From IMG/VR virus record IMGVR_UViG_2541047766_000003: a stretch of 42,126 nt of DNA; one strand, 5' to 3'. The notes under the pieces were generated by a model. That model was not told the DNA's origin. It ran no database searches and saw only the letters and a program-made list of their open reading frames with translations. The position numbers were made by a program, and so were the translations under genes. Source of the stretch: a virus. Its lineage: Duplodnaviria; Heunggongvirae; Uroviricota; Caudoviricetes. The first letter of the stretch is position 1, and each line of letters begins with the position of its first letter. Positions 18,078 to 27,418 of the stretch are shown here, in pieces.

Positions 18078-20548
18078 CAGAATCCCCCAACAGTAAGGCG
18101 AGGAATAACGGCAAGAACAGACAGCGGCAACGGGTCAAGCTGACGGATTTTTACACGCCCGTTTTTGCCCCAGTTACTGTCCAGTTTCACTTCTACTTTT
18201 CCGGTAGCATCATCAACAGGATCATCGTAGAACTCGAATTCACGCTGTGGATATTCGTACCATTTACCGCCGGGCGTAGTCGCCCAGATGCCGCGACTGG
18301 CATTCACAACCAGAGTAACGGACGGGATCACCTGTTTTTTGTCCAGCAGCGTTTCCTGTCCGTTAATGTTGATATCCAGTGTTTCGAATTCAGCAGTTAT
18401 TGGCAGGCCGATGTGCACAACAGCCCCCGGTGATTCCAGCGTGACGGCACCTCCGGAAACCACTTTTTGTGGTTCCACGTTCGCATCAGAGAGGATGTTT
18501 ACGGTCTGGCCTTCAAGATGAGACAAGCCGCCAAATGTCCGGCGCGCCATCTGCCAGTTCGTGGTGGCCACATTCCTGAGGGATGGCGGGACGTTCCTGT
18601 TAGCACGAACCACTACTGCGGTATTGCTGGTTACAGAAATAATGTCGCAACGTAATTCTTTTGACAATTCATCGCCAGTATCAGGATCAGCTCCGGTATA
18701 AGGGAACTGTAGTTGCGCACCAACATCACTACTGGTGAAGTACGCACCACCAGAAACACTGATTGTATATTCCGCGTGGTAATCCCATTCACCAGAACCA
18801 CCAGTGATGGTCATCGTTCTGTCAGACGTATTTCTTCCATCATAGCTAAGGCCAGAATCAACAAAGAAAGCATCTTCATCGCTGGTAAATAAACGGCTGG
18901 ACAGTCGCTCTATGTATCTCACTGTTTGCCCGTTAACGGTTCGGTTAACGACGAAATACACCGCATCTTCATTGCCTTCGCTGATACTGCATGTGCTTTC
19001 ATATTTCCCGGTACTGGATTGTGGTGCCCATGCAAAAACCTGCTGATCACGCAAATAGGTCATCACCAGTAATTTACCGTCATCACGAATGCAGAAGGCG
19101 CTGGAGTAAGGGACAATAGAGAAGCACCAGTCAACAATGCTGTGCTTCTGAAAAAGATGATTGGCAAGGATAGTAAGGTCGTTCCCCTGATAGCCGTCAA
19201 CATCGAATGAGTAGGCCAGATCACGGACAACACTGCCTTTCTCCTGGACGAACAGAGCAATATTCGCCACGGCAATTGGTGGGACATTGCTCGAGCCATT
19301 TGATCCCTGAGAGCTGAATGCAAATGATGATGGGGTTAATACTTTGTTCTGGTCGCCGGTGATGACGTACTCACCTCCGGAAGTCAGCGCCACCAGCGAA
19401 CCAACATCAATCAGGTGGCGGATCTCATTAACCTGACGCCCGGCATAGGTGTAGATAATTCTGTCGTCATCCTGCGTAGGATTGCTTTTGCCAAAATCCT
19501 TATAATCCCCAGTACGGCTGGCCCAGATAGTCTGAGGGAACGCAGTCGATGCGGCGAAGTAAAGACGTTGTTGATAATAAACAACAGTGCCAGGATAACC
19601 GTTAATACTGTTCCAGGCATATTTAGCCCATTTGTAGCTGGCATTATCCTCGCCAACAACCTGCGAAGGGATATAGGAAATCACCTCGGCAGTTGCAGTA
19701 GTTCCATTTGCAGCAGAGATACGGGCAATGCCAAAACCACTGTGCAGATACTCCCACTCAATGCCGGTATCATCATCACCGGATCCGCCCCAGCCATCCC
19801 ATGATGTGCCTTCTGTATGCGAAGGGCGCAAAGTGCCTGTTTTGCCTGCTGTAACGGCGCGATAGTAGTTACTGTCTGCACGGCGAATATCGCCAATCGA
19901 CGTACTCTTACTGGTTTCCCATACCGGCACAGAATCCACTGCAGGCTGTTCCAGATAGAACAATTTGCCTACCTGCTCCGCGCCAAAAATAGAGGCGCTT
20001 GCCGTTAACGTAATTGTCCCGGTGCTGGCGCTGGCATAAACCGTCACTGACTCGTCAATATTGATATCTTCAAATGGCCCGTTCTTCGTTACCACATCAA
20101 CCAGTTGCCAGTTGTCATGCGCATAGCGGCGCAACTCTTTCGGCGGGTATGCCGGATGAACCAGCGTAAGCACGTCTGCGCTTTGCGTGAATTTAATTCG
20201 GAACAGATCGGCTTCAGTATATGGCGTGGCAATTTCATAAATAACATTGCTGCTGTTCAGCACCAACGCACCATCTTTGATAACGCGCATGTACTGGTGT
20301 CCGAACTCCAGAGCATAGGTCTGAACAGTCGAGAACTGGAACGGGATCAGGCGGCATTTCCGATTTGGGTATTTGGCGGCACCGACAAAACGCGTACCCG
20401 GTCGATTCTCAACGCCGCCATACTGCCGCACGATAAAGTTATCGCACTTGCGCAAAGCCACCTGGTACTTCGCCATGTCGATACGACCGTACAACGACGG
20501 TCCAATCTCACCACCGGCAAAGCTGGGCTGGATCCAACTGATAGCCAT
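18077..20548 (-). CDS. Tail tubular protein B-like (nozzle)
   Basis: 823 aa; N-terminus MAISWIQPSFAGGEIGPSLYGRID resembles gp12-type N-termini; follows the gp11-like gene. Confidence 0.7.
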   Translation of the reverse strand: MAISWIQPSFAGGEIGPSLYGRIDMAKYQVALRKCDNFIVRQYGGVENRPGTRFVGAAKYPNRKCRLIPFQFSTVQTYALEFGHQYMRVIKDGALVLNSSNVIYEIATPYTEADLFRIKFTQSADVLTLVHPAYPPKELRRYAHDNWQLVDVVTKNGPFEDINIDESVTVYASASTGTITLTASASIFGAEQVGKLFYLEQPAVDSVPVWETSKSTSIGDIRRADSNYYRAVTAGKTGTLRPSHTEGTSWDGWGGSGDDDTGIEWEYLHSGFGIARISAANGTTATAEVISYIPSQVVGEDNASYKWAKYAWNSINGYPGTVVYYQQRLYFAASTAFPQTIWASRTGDYKDFGKSNPTQDDDRIIYTYAGRQVNEIRHLIDVGSLVALTSGGEYVITGDQNKVLTPSSFAFSSQGSNGSSNVPPIAVANIALFVQEKGSVVRDLAYSFDVDGYQGNDLTILANHLFQKHSIVDWCFSIVPYSSAFCIRDDGKLLVMTYLRDQQVFAWAPQSSTGKYESTCSISEGNEDAVYFVVNRTVNGQTVRYIERLSSRLFTSDEDAFFVDSGLSYDGRNTSDRTMTITGGSGEWDYHAEYTISVSGGAYFTSSDVGAQLQFPYTGADPDTGDELSKELRCDIISVTSNTAVVVRANRNVPPSLRNVATTNWQMARRTFGGLSHLEGQTVNILSDANVEPQKVVSGGAVTLESPGAVVHIGLPITAEFETLDININGQETLLDKKQVIPSVTLVVNASRGIWATTPGGKWYEYPQREFEFYDDPVDDATGKVEVKLDSNWGKNGRVKIRQLDPLPLSVLAVIPRLTVGGF

Positions 20549-21153
20549 CAGGACAACCTCGCAATGGTAAACTCGTCAACCGGTGGCTGTGGTTCCTGTG
20601 ATTCATTCTGGCTATGCGAGCCAGCACTAAGAATCACGCGATTGTACATATTGAGGGCAAACGTACCGAGGTCTGCATTCCCAGTCAGCGCCATGTTAAT
20701 AGCTGCCGCAAGACGCCAGGCCAACGCCTCCATAAAAATGGCATCAAACATGTTCACATCTGAAACGCGAGAGACATACTTGAGCCATGCCTGCGGCTGG
20801 TCTGTGTAGATCAACTTTCCTGTTCCGTCGGTGTCTGCACCAACTTCGTACTGAACGCGCATTGCTGCTGTTGGATTGCGTACACCAGGAAGCATAATTT
20901 CAGTAATGCGCAGACAATCGGACGGGTACTGGTACGCATATTCCCAGTCAGGCGGTGGATTGCTCGTATCTGCAAGCGCCACGCGTTTGGTAGCAAAGTT
21001 CCAGTCAAAATCAGAAAGCACAGCATCACGGCAGGCCTCAAAGTGCAGCGAACATTCCCCCGCTTCCTTGCTGGCTTCCGTCAGGCTGTTAATGCTGCGG
21101 CTGTTGCCAATATTGGACAGCGCACGATTACAGATCTCTACTACAGAGGCCAT
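20548..21153 (-). CDS. Tail tubular protein A-like (adaptor/gatekeeper)
   Basis: 201 aa; N-terminal VVEICNRALSNIG and C-terminal FMEALAWRLAAAI resemble T7 gp11 as recalled. Confidence 0.65.
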   Translation of the reverse strand: MASVVEICNRALSNIGNSRSINSLTEASKEAGECSLHFEACRDAVLSDFDWNFATKRVALADTSNPPPDWEYAYQYPSDCLRITEIMLPGVRNPTAAMRVQYEVGADTDGTGKLIYTDQPQAWLKYVSRVSDVNMFDAIFMEALAWRLAAAINMALTGNADLGTFALNMYNRVILSAGSHSQNESQEPQPPVDEFTIARLS

Positions 21154-21482
21154 TACTCACCCCCATTGCCGTACAGAGTTTCAGCCGCTGATTTTTCTAC
21201 ATCCCCGGAAACAGGAGCGATCGCCATATCAGTGATCTGCAGATCGGCGCTGCGATTAACACCATCGTCAGTTTCTCTGGCAGACAGGCCTCGAATAACA
21301 GCCTTTGCAGTTATCATCACTTCTGTTCCGACGCCCTGAGGTTGCGCCTTCAGCTTATTCAATGTGTCGTTATTAAGAGTGATGCACAGCCCCCACGGGT
21401 ATTCATCGCGAGTTCTGGTTTCTCCGCTCTCATCCTGGTAGCTGTCAGTGCCGGTTTTGAGGTTTACGAGTTCCATATACAC
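21153..21482 (-). CDS. Hypothetical head/neck protein
   Basis: ORF in the structural operon. Confidence 0.55.
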   Translation of the reverse strand: MYMELVNLKTGTDSYQDESGETRTRDEYPWGLCITLNNDTLNKLKAQPQGVGTEVMITAKAVIRGLSARETDDGVNRSADLQITDMAIAPVSGDVEKSAAETLYGNGGE

Positions 21483-21526
21483 TCCTGCAATAAAGGGGCC
21501 GAAGCCCCTTGTCGGATTCGCGAGGC

Positions 21527-21871
21527 TTACACGCCCAGTTCTTTACGCTTATCTGCGATCTTCTCGCGGAGCGTTTCGGCTTTAGCGTTATGGTGTGGCT
21601 TCTCGTTAAAGAGCAATTCGTACTCTTCACGGAGCTTATCCAGTTCACCATCATCTGACACATCGTTGATGATTTTGGTGCTGGTTGCTGCCATAGACAC
21701 CTTTCCTGCTACCTTTGCTTTTGCCTGTCTGGCTGCATCGTTAACAGGTTCCAGTGCGCTACCAGGCTCACCTTCGTATTCGATTTCTGCCCCCTCCGGC
21801 CACAGTGTGTTATGGATATGAGAGAGGCGCAGAACGCGGTATCTTGGTTTCTCACCTGACATCGATATCAC
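21527..21871 (-). CDS. Hypothetical structural-operon protein
   Basis: ORF in the structural operon; start may be an internal Met. Confidence 0.5.
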   Translation of the reverse strand: MISMSGEKPRYRVLRLSHIHNTLWPEGAEIEYEGEPGSALEPVNDAARQAKAKVAGKVSMAATSTKIINDVSDDGELDKLREEYELLFNEKPHHNAKAETLREKIADKRKELGV

Positions 21872-21872
21872 C

Positions 21873-22310
21873 TTAACCAGTTACTTTTGAGCGGATCGGG
21901 TACGGTGTATTGGCATCAACATCCAGACTGATACCCGCAGTGAATTTGCCGGCCGTTAGTGGGCCAGTTGCGACGGAGTAGTTAACACGCAGATATCGCT
22001 GAACACCGGCAGGCACCTTTGCAGAAACAACTCGTTTACCTGCTGTCAGGGTAGCCTTTGCCAGTGCGCCACTATCATAAATAGTGGACCATGAGCTGTT
22101 ATTCTCACTCGTCTGCAACTGGATGTTTACAGTTGCCTCACCACTTGCCGTGGCGGCTTCGTTAACCAGCACCCAAAACTCAAGCGGATAACCCACGCCG
22201 ATATCGCGACGGTTTCCATCAATTGGACCGAGATCGATTACGTCAGTAGAAGCCGCGGTATTCGTAACCGCCTGAGCTTCGGAGAACATCAACAGTTTGT
22301 CGGTGATCAT
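21873..22310 (-). CDS. Putative capsid decoration/cement protein
   Basis: 145 aa, beta-rich, immediately downstream of the major capsid gene. Confidence 0.55.
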   Translation of the reverse strand: MITDKLLMFSEAQAVTNTAASTDVIDLGPIDGNRRDIGVGYPLEFWVLVNEAATASGEATVNIQLQTSENNSSWSTIYDSGALAKATLTAGKRVVSAKVPAGVQRYLRVNYSVATGPLTAGKFTAGISLDVDANTPYPIRSKVTG

Positions 22311-22361
22311 CTTCTTTCTCCATTAGTGGGTCTGTTACGACCCACAGGTTAATAACAGGCG

Positions 22362-23354
22362 TTACACCACGCGGGCTTCTGTTTCCAGAAGCGCATCAGT
22401 TTCACGGATTGGTACACCACGGAATGAAGTCCACCACTCGCCTTCTGTCTCTTTTACGCTGATCGCCAGAGATGTTTTCTCCAGAGATTGCAGATCAAGA
22501 GCCTGGCCTACAGTGCGGTTCATGTAGAACACCGGGCGGCCCATGCCACGGTTTGGAATGCGATGCAGTGCTTTAACCATCAACTTCGCAATATTTGCGG
22601 CAGAGGAAGGTTCTGAAAGATTGCTGACATCGATGTTTGCAATGCGAACAACATAACGCCAGTCACGCAGAGCAAGTCCGTTGTCCCATTTGTAATGGGT
22701 GCGATAGCCTTCGTACTTGCCGCCATTAGCATCTTCCAGTGTCACCTGGCCTTTATCTTCCATCTGGATGCCAGCCTTCTGCCCTTTCGGGAAGATGCCA
22801 TGCACGGTGTTTTCGCCCCACACCACTAACCAGATTGAGGTGTTATCTGTACCCGTGCCACCAGCATCAATGATGTTCTGAGCATTACCCGCAGACAGGC
22901 TGGAATAGCGGGAGGACAGTCCCATAAACTGCTGAGGGTTAACGCTGGAATCACCATAAAACAGCGTCTGCGCCATCTGCTGATTCATCGCTTCAATAAA
23001 TGCGCGGTCTTCAGACAGGCGGAATTCAGCGGTATTGCCGTTCAGATCAGCCAGTGACTTATCGACTTCAGCATAGGTTTCCAGCATGCCAACGGAATCG
23101 GTTACCTGCACTGTGGTTGATTTGCTTGGCTGTACGCCATAGTTCAGCAAACGCCAGGTAGCTGAAGGTAAACCAGAACGAATGGTGGTTCGGTGTCCGG
23201 TAGGAAGGTTCCCTTCGACAAAAGGCATATCCTGAAGGATCGGGTTAGTTTGACCGAGAAGCTCGATAATCTTATCGACTTTCCCGTTTGGATCGACGCG
23301 CTTACCCCAGTCAGCCAGCGTTAGCGCAGTTAAGCCTTTAACAGCCATTGTCAT
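22362..23354 (-). CDS. Major capsid protein
   Basis: 330 aa following the scaffold gene; size matches epsilon15/BPP-1-type capsid proteins as recalled. Confidence 0.75.
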   Translation of the reverse strand: MTMAVKGLTALTLADWGKRVDPNGKVDKIIELLGQTNPILQDMPFVEGNLPTGHRTTIRSGLPSATWRLLNYGVQPSKSTTVQVTDSVGMLETYAEVDKSLADLNGNTAEFRLSEDRAFIEAMNQQMAQTLFYGDSSVNPQQFMGLSSRYSSLSAGNAQNIIDAGGTGTDNTSIWLVVWGENTVHGIFPKGQKAGIQMEDKGQVTLEDANGGKYEGYRTHYKWDNGLALRDWRYVVRIANIDVSNLSEPSSAANIAKLMVKALHRIPNRGMGRPVFYMNRTVGQALDLQSLEKTSLAISVKETEGEWWTSFRGVPIRETDALLETEARVV

Positions 23355-23362
23355 TTCCTCTC

Positions 23363-24064
23363 TTATTTGCCATAGAGCACTTCGGCCGCACTACGCTGGC
23401 CTTCATTACCACCGGTGACCATGCCATCTTCAGACATCGCCTTTCCGATTTTCACGAACGTTTTGACCAGATCAGGGTGATTACCCAGCCCGGTGGTGTT
23501 CAGATATTCTTTGAGTTCAGGTGTCCCGAACTGGTCAAGCGCACGCTGTGCGGCGCTAAGGTTATAAATCAACTTGTCGCCACCGATTTCTTTGTCAGCT
23601 TTTACATCCGCAGCCCACTGCTCGGTTGTTTTCTGCCAGGCTTCTGCCTGGCGCTGCTGAACACCTGCCAGAATCTTCGGATAAGCATCAACCAGCTTTT
23701 GCGCTTGCTCGTTGGTCAGGTTAAGTTCTCGCGCCACCGGCTCGAATTCCTTCAACGCTTCTGTATCCAGCTCTACGCCTTCGGCAGCCTGAAACTCGTA
23801 CTTCTCAGGCGCACCCTCTGGTTTATCGCCGTCCTTTTTTTCATCCTGCTTATCGTTTTCAGGCTTTTTGTCATCAGCAGGTTTATCGCCATCAGCAACA
23901 GGTTGTGGCTTATCACCTTCCTGTTGTGATGGATCACCAACTGGAGCAGGGTTATCACCTGCAGGCGCTGACGGTTCTGACGCAGCCGGAGCTGCTCCAC
24001 CATCGACTGGTTGCTCATTGCAAAGACGGCGATACAGCAAACGCTCAAATAAATTCATGATCAC
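23363..24064 (-). CDS. Scaffolding protein
   Basis: Acidic, Pro/Asp/Lys-rich low-complexity N-terminal half and helical C-terminal half, between portal and capsid genes. Confidence 0.7.
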   Translation of the reverse strand: MIMNLFERLLYRRLCNEQPVDGGAAPAASEPSAPAGDNPAPVGDPSQQEGDKPQPVADGDKPADDKKPENDKQDEKKDGDKPEGAPEKYEFQAAEGVELDTEALKEFEPVARELNLTNEQAQKLVDAYPKILAGVQQRQAEAWQKTTEQWAADVKADKEIGGDKLIYNLSAAQRALDQFGTPELKEYLNTTGLGNHPDLVKTFVKIGKAMSEDGMVTGGNEGQRSAAEVLYGK

Positions 24065-24357
24065 TCCTGTTCACTGGCCTCTTTGGCCATCTTCAAATAC
24101 TGTTCAGGGCAATGCGCCATAACGCGCTGAAACAGTTCCAGCGCCAGATTGCGTTGCCCCTCATTAAATGCCATTGCCATAGCGTCCATCGGTGAGATAG
24201 CGGAAAACACACGGCCTTTCTCCAGCACCGACCAGACAACGCGACGCCCATGTTCACTGCTCATGACAAAGCGAATGTCATCAATTTCACGCTGTGCCAT
24301 GTCACGTTGCTTACTGGCGCTTTCTTCTTTCAGTTGATCGTCTTCGTAATCTGTCAT
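24061..24357 (-). CDS. Small acidic protein between portal and scaffold
   Basis: 98-aa ORF overlapping neighbours by 4 nt. Confidence 0.5.
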   Translation of the reverse strand: MTDYEDDQLKEESASKQRDMAQREIDDIRFVMSSEHGRRVVWSVLEKGRVFSAISPMDAMAMAFNEGQRNLALELFQRVMAHCPEQYLKMAKEASEQE

Positions 24358-26033
24358 TGTGATTGCCCACCCTGACCACTAACTGCATTCGCCATAGCTG
24401 ACAAAACACTCGGATCCGAAGTTTTAGCTTCGCTTAGCGTTTTGGCACCCTGTGCCGCCGCCATCCCCATCGCCATCATTTGTTGCTGCTGTTGCTGCTG
24501 TGCCCGTTGCTGGCGAGCCTGCTCAACCTGTTCCTGCGGAACAATGACGGTTGGAGACACTCCGGACATATCAGCGAATGCATCGATCGCCTGATCAACG
24601 TTGAGTTTGTCGAGAGCTTCTGGTTTCGCTTGCGCAAGTTGACCAATGAAGTTGACCGTAGACGCCAGACTGGACAAGCCGATAGACTTCTGCGCCTGAG
24701 CCATGACGGAAATGTATTCGACCTTCAGGGGCATACCTTCCATCGCGTCAGGCGGTGGCGGCAGCATGTTTTTACGCACCATCATCGAGAAAGCGCGGTC
24801 AATGAGAGGATTAAGACATTCGTCGTTCAGACGCTCCAGAACCGGCCCCAACATCAGAAGTTTTTCTTCTTTCATTTCGATCACCGCTTCAACAGGCATC
24901 GAGCGGGTATTGATGTTCTGCAACATCATGAACAGATCGACAAAGTAGGCGCTGTTAATGATTTGACGAGTGTCCTGAATGTCTGCTACCAGATCTGCTG
25001 TACTGGGGTTAACCAGATAAGCAGGCCTGAAACCATCCTGACCAGTAATCTGATCGATATACGTGATGTCGCCAGGAAGAAGGGAGGCGCGCTGATTCTT
25101 GAGGGAAGTCGGAGCAACCATCGGCGGATTGGTGGCTTTATCAATCAACTGCGACTTGCGCTTCTGGAGAAGTTGCAATGCCTTAACAGGTCCAAGCGCC
25201 AGCATACCCGGGCATGATGATCCATAAACATCTTCGCCGTTAACTTCCCAGCGCGGAGCCATAATTGGAAACTCATCGAATCCGGACTCACGCAACAACT
25301 TGTCGTTATCGCCACCAACCTCGTAATAAACCGATTTGAATGGCTTGTTCTTGCTATCCAGCTTCGATGTATCGCGGTCAATGTTCGGGTAAACCGAATG
25401 CATCACTTCAATCCACTTCTCGTAGGTGCCGCTTTCCCACATGCTTTTTACGGATTCGCTGACGTTATTTAGCCCGAACTCCTGAACAAGCTGACGAACA
25501 GTCATAGAGAACTTGCGGAAACAGGTGTCCACACTGCCACGAGGTGAGTTAGCCAGGTAGTAACTGCCTATAGGGAATGGCATTGTGCGAATGATGTCCT
25601 CGTCATCCTCCAGCACCGCCATTGCACCAGTGCTGTATGTGCCGAGGCTTCCGTATAACTGCGGCAGCGACTGATAGAGATTCGACTTATTGAACATATC
25701 GTTCATGCGGTTCTGCACCGCCTCAAGCCACAACTTAACAGGGCCATAATCCATCATTTCAGGATCTGGCGTAGCCAGGCGAAACCACGGACGCGCGGGG
25801 CTTGTGATGCCTGACATCATGCCGCTGGCGAGAGTGCGCGCCGCCATAGTCCCGGTCGAATCAATAATGCGTGTATTGCGTCGATCGTTACGGTTGACCT
25901 CAGAAGTCAGAAAGCGGGAACCACGCGGGTTGATGTAATCACTCAACTCGCGCCAGTGCGGCTCGAACGACTGACGCTCGCTTTCAAGTTGTGCGAACTG
26001 TTTGTTCAATCGCTCTTTAGTTGTTTCCGCCAT
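24354..26033 (-). CDS. Portal protein, T7 gp8-like head-to-tail connector
   Basis: 559 aa; C-terminal QQRAQQQQQQQMMAMGMAAAQGA tail and central TNPPMVAPTSLKNQRASLLPGD resemble T7 gp8 as recalled. Confidence 0.85.
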   Translation of the reverse strand: MAETTKERLNKQFAQLESERQSFEPHWRELSDYINPRGSRFLTSEVNRNDRRNTRIIDSTGTMAARTLASGMMSGITSPARPWFRLATPDPEMMDYGPVKLWLEAVQNRMNDMFNKSNLYQSLPQLYGSLGTYSTGAMAVLEDDEDIIRTMPFPIGSYYLANSPRGSVDTCFRKFSMTVRQLVQEFGLNNVSESVKSMWESGTYEKWIEVMHSVYPNIDRDTSKLDSKNKPFKSVYYEVGGDNDKLLRESGFDEFPIMAPRWEVNGEDVYGSSCPGMLALGPVKALQLLQKRKSQLIDKATNPPMVAPTSLKNQRASLLPGDITYIDQITGQDGFRPAYLVNPSTADLVADIQDTRQIINSAYFVDLFMMLQNINTRSMPVEAVIEMKEEKLLMLGPVLERLNDECLNPLIDRAFSMMVRKNMLPPPPDAMEGMPLKVEYISVMAQAQKSIGLSSLASTVNFIGQLAQAKPEALDKLNVDQAIDAFADMSGVSPTVIVPQEQVEQARQQRAQQQQQQQMMAMGMAAAQGAKTLSEAKTSDPSVLSAMANAVSGQGGQSQ

Positions 26034-26047
26034 TTCAATGACTCCGG

Positions 26048-26254
26048 TTACTGACCAAGTAGCGTTTTACCGCTGGTATTAGCGGTTGATGTGTCGCCCT
26101 GAGAACCGGTAAGCAGCGTAGAACTACGACCAGCAGCAGCGCGACGGCGACGTGTTTCTTCGTCGCGGGCATCAACAACGGCGGCATCCTGCTCCTGTGG
26201 TGCTGCCTGAACTTCTGGTGTTGCAGGCACTGATGGTGAGCTACCCATGCACAT
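26048..26254 (-). CDS. Small hypothetical protein upstream of portal
   Basis: 68-aa ORF with ggag RBS; frame choice uncertain. Confidence 0.3.
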   Translation of the reverse strand: MCMGSSPSVPATPEVQAAPQEQDAAVVDARDEETRRRRAAAGRSSTLLTGSQGDTSTANTSGKTLLGQ

Positions 26255-26322
26255 ATCAATGACTCCGTACGCAATTAAATTATTACCAATTTAACCACAT
26301 ATGATTTATTTATCGTAGGCAG

Positions 26323-26359
26323 TTGACATTTAACGCACGAATTATTACCTTTCAGGTAA
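26323..26359 (+). promoter_or_regulatory. Promoter-like TTGACA plus operator palindrome TTACC-TTTCA-GGTAA
   Basis: Architecture parallels pL (ttgacat...attattacc...ggtaa); faces the tRNA/Gp49 islet. Confidence 0.45.
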
Positions 26360-26681
26360 GTAAATAGTTCATTCCGGTTATTAACCTGACTGGCTTGTCG
26401 TTAAATTGAACAGGTGGAGTGAGCTTTTATTTTGAGCAGTACGGCGTATGGCACATGCGCCGATAGCGGTCTGGATACGTTTAAGGGGCACCCTCCCTTG
26501 CTCGGGCAAACGAACCAGGTAGCCGGAATGTGCAAGTCGAGCGGTTTTATTCCGCGCACGGGGATTCACCATCCCGGCGATTCGGTGTGACACCTCGGAA
26601 GAGACGAGGGTGCAACGATGAGAGCATTTATGGAGCCGCGACAAAGTGTGGCGCCTTAACAGGCTAAGTGCTCTCAGCGTT

Positions 26682-26758
26682 GTGGCATTAGCTCAGTTGG
26701 ACAGAGCAACCGCCTTCTAAGCGGTTGGTCGCAGGTTCGAATCCTGCATGCTACGCCA
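26682..26758 (+). tRNA. tRNA-Arg (anticodon TCT)
   Basis: Cloverleaf folded by hand: acceptor GTGGCAT/ATGCTAC, D-stem GCTC/GAGC, anticodon stem ACCGC/GCGGT with loop CTTCTAA, T-arm GCAGG-TTCGAAT-CCTGC, encoded CCA. Confidence 0.85.
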
Positions 26759-26801
26759 GAATCACGCCTAATGACCGTGATGCCAGAAGTTCCAGGTGCT
26801 T

Positions 26802-26845
26802 GGCGGTGATGGTTTCCCTTGAAGGACTATCACCGCCCTTTTTAC
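26802..26845 (+). terminator. Rho-independent terminator after the tRNA
   Basis: 9-bp stem ggcggtgat/atcaccgcc followed by ctttttac. Confidence 0.6.
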
Positions 26846-26921
26846 AGCAGGACGCCATTGCGATGACTTCATGCTGTAAACCAGTACAGCCACGGAAGGC
26901 AGAACTCATTGCTTCCAGTTC

Positions 26922-26946
26922 GCCCGGTTCGCCGGGCATTTTTTTA
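26922..26946 (+). terminator. Terminator/attenuator hairpin directly upstream of the Gp49-like gene
   Basis: gcccgg-ttcg-ccgggc followed by attttttt; RBS aaggtgag follows. Confidence 0.55.
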
Positions 26947-26956
26947 AGGTGAGATT

Positions 26957-27328
26957 ATGAACGACCAGCAAATCGAAAAAGAAATCGTTGAGAAAGGCAA
27001 AACGGCACCGCGCGTTACGCCAGACCATATCGAAGGCATTATTGCTCAGGAGGCATATTTCACAGCAGAAGATGGTGCCTTTGGCAAAGCCATAAAAGCG
27101 AAACATACTGGCGGAGAGGTAAACTACCAGCCGCACGAATCACTTTCTCTGCTGACGTTCTGCGTCCTGGTGCTGCGCAACGGCTTCACCGTCACCGGAG
27201 AGAGCGCCTGTGCAAGCCAGGAAAACTTTGATGCAGAAATTGGTCGGAAGATTGCCCGGCAGAATGCTGTAAACAAAATCTGGATGCTCGAAGGTTACTT
27301 GCTGAAGCAGAAGCTAAGCGAGCAATAA
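26957..27328 (+). CDS. Gp49-like phage protein (Phage_gp49_66-type), unknown function
   Basis: 123 aa; ...LLTFCVLVLRNGFTVTGESACASQENFDAEIGRKIARQNAVNKIWMLEGY recalled as this family; opposite strand to flanking late genes. Confidence 0.6.
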   Translation: MNDQQIEKEIVEKGKTAPRVTPDHIEGIIAQEAYFTAEDGAFGKAIKAKHTGGEVNYQPHESLSLLTFCVLVLRNGFTVTGESACASQENFDAEIGRKIARQNAVNKIWMLEGYLLKQKLSEQ

Positions 27329-27348
27329 CACCGTGACATGTCACAAAC

Positions 27349-27376
27349 AGCCAGCCGATGAGCTGGCTTTGTTTTA
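27349..27376 (+). terminator. Rho-independent terminator after the Gp49-like gene
   Basis: agccagc-cgatga-gctggct followed by ttgtttta. Confidence 0.7.
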
Positions 27377-27418
27377 TCCTCATCAGAGGATATCAACGAC
27401 ATTATCCCCACCAGCGGA

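Noticed and set aside
26381-26644. 87-aa minus-strand ORF in the tRNA leader
   Set aside because: Antisense to a plus-strand promoter-driven leader, no RBS, Arg/Ser-rich composition typical of a spurious frame; region treated as non-coding.
26380-26681. Possible second tRNA or tmRNA-like element upstream of tRNA-Arg
   Set aside because: No acceptor/T-arm cloverleaf could be folded by hand; left as an uncharacterised structured leader.
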